A DNA stretch of 20,067 bases from Archangium sp. (GTDB lineage Bacteria; Myxococcota; Myxococcia; Myxococcales; Myxococcaceae): contig JANLPS010000361.1 of the NCBI GenBank assembly GCA_031367385.1, positions 1-20,067 of the forward strand, written 5' to 3'. Position 1 is the stretch's first letter. Every line of letters starts with the position of its first letter. This document shows positions 19,657 through 20,067 of this stretch, piece after piece. The position numbers were made by a program, and so were the translations under genes. The notes beneath the pieces were generated by a model that saw nothing but the letters and a program-made list of their open reading frames with translations, was not told the origin of the DNA and did no database searches.

Positions 19657-19681
19657 GGCGAGCCCCTTATATACGTGCGCC

Positions 19682-20067
19682 ATGGGCGTGCCTGCTGCTG
19701 ATTTCACCGAGTACCTTGCTGCGACCACCGCTGTGGCCTGGGCCGATCTTTCGGCTCGTGAGCAGCTGCGGGTCATTGGGCCTGACCGGGTGTCTTTCGT
19801 TCACGGCATGGTCACCAACGACATCACGGGGTTGGCCGAGGGCGCGAGCTGCTCGGTGGCGATGCTGACCGCGAAGGGGGCGATGGTCTCCGATGGGCGC
19901 GTGCTCAAGCTGGGCGAGGCGGTGATCGTCGACACCGGGCCGGGGCAGGGCGCGGCGGTGAAGGCGTTTCTCGAGAAGTATTTGATCAGCGAAGACGCGG
20001 AGGTTCATCAGGCACCGGAGTTCGCGGTGGTCGGCCTGGTGGGGCCTTCAGCGCGTGAGGTGTCGGG
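19682..20067 (+). CDS. YgfZ/GcvT-family folate-binding (aminomethyltransferase-like) protein, truncated by window edge
   Basis: Manual translation MGVPAADFTEYLAATTAVAWADLSAREQLRVIGPDRVSFVHGMVTNDI...MLTAKGAMVSD...FLEKYLISEDAEV...VVGLVGP. G.DR..F.HG.VTND, LT.KG and L.KY.I are YgfZ/GcvT N-terminal motifs. Confidence 0.88.
   Translation, partial: MGVPAADFTEYLAATTAVAWADLSAREQLRVIGPDRVSFVHGMVTNDITGLAEGASCSVAMLTAKGAMVSDGRVLKLGEAVIVDTGPGQGAAVKAFLEKYLISEDAEVHQAPEFAVVGLVGPSAREVS

Overview
High-GC bacterial chromosomal window. The gene content suggests Myxococcota (Myxococcaceae/Archangiaceae-like); this is inference only. The left half (1-8569, - strand) is an extended K+ uptake operon: outer-membrane beta-barrel, kdpF (29 aa, missed by the ORF track), kdpA, kdpB, kdpC, a stand-alone soluble KdpD-N+Usp protein, and a separate membrane histidine kinase that runs off the left edge. 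The divergent intergenic region (8570-8848) has two candidate sigma54 -24/-12 promoters and palindromic enhancer-like sites. The right half holds a Cys-rich lipoprotein, an RMD1/DUF155-like membrane protein, an MshEN-repeat + receiver + class III adenylyl cyclase fusion, a TerB-like protein with an IF1/zeta-like N-terminus, gyrA, a hypothetical protein, a divergent beta-barrel/lipoprotein pair, a VKOR-DsbA fusion coupled to a SUI1/YciH gene, and the start of a YgfZ/GcvT-family gene. I saw no RNA genes, CRISPR arrays or mobile elements. The most notable points are the rewired kdp system (split KdpD, possibly sigma54-driven, with a porin), the MshEN-REC-cyclase, the IF1/zeta-like TerB fusion, and a four-half-site palindrome array after gyrA. 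All family assignments come from motif recognition, not database searches.
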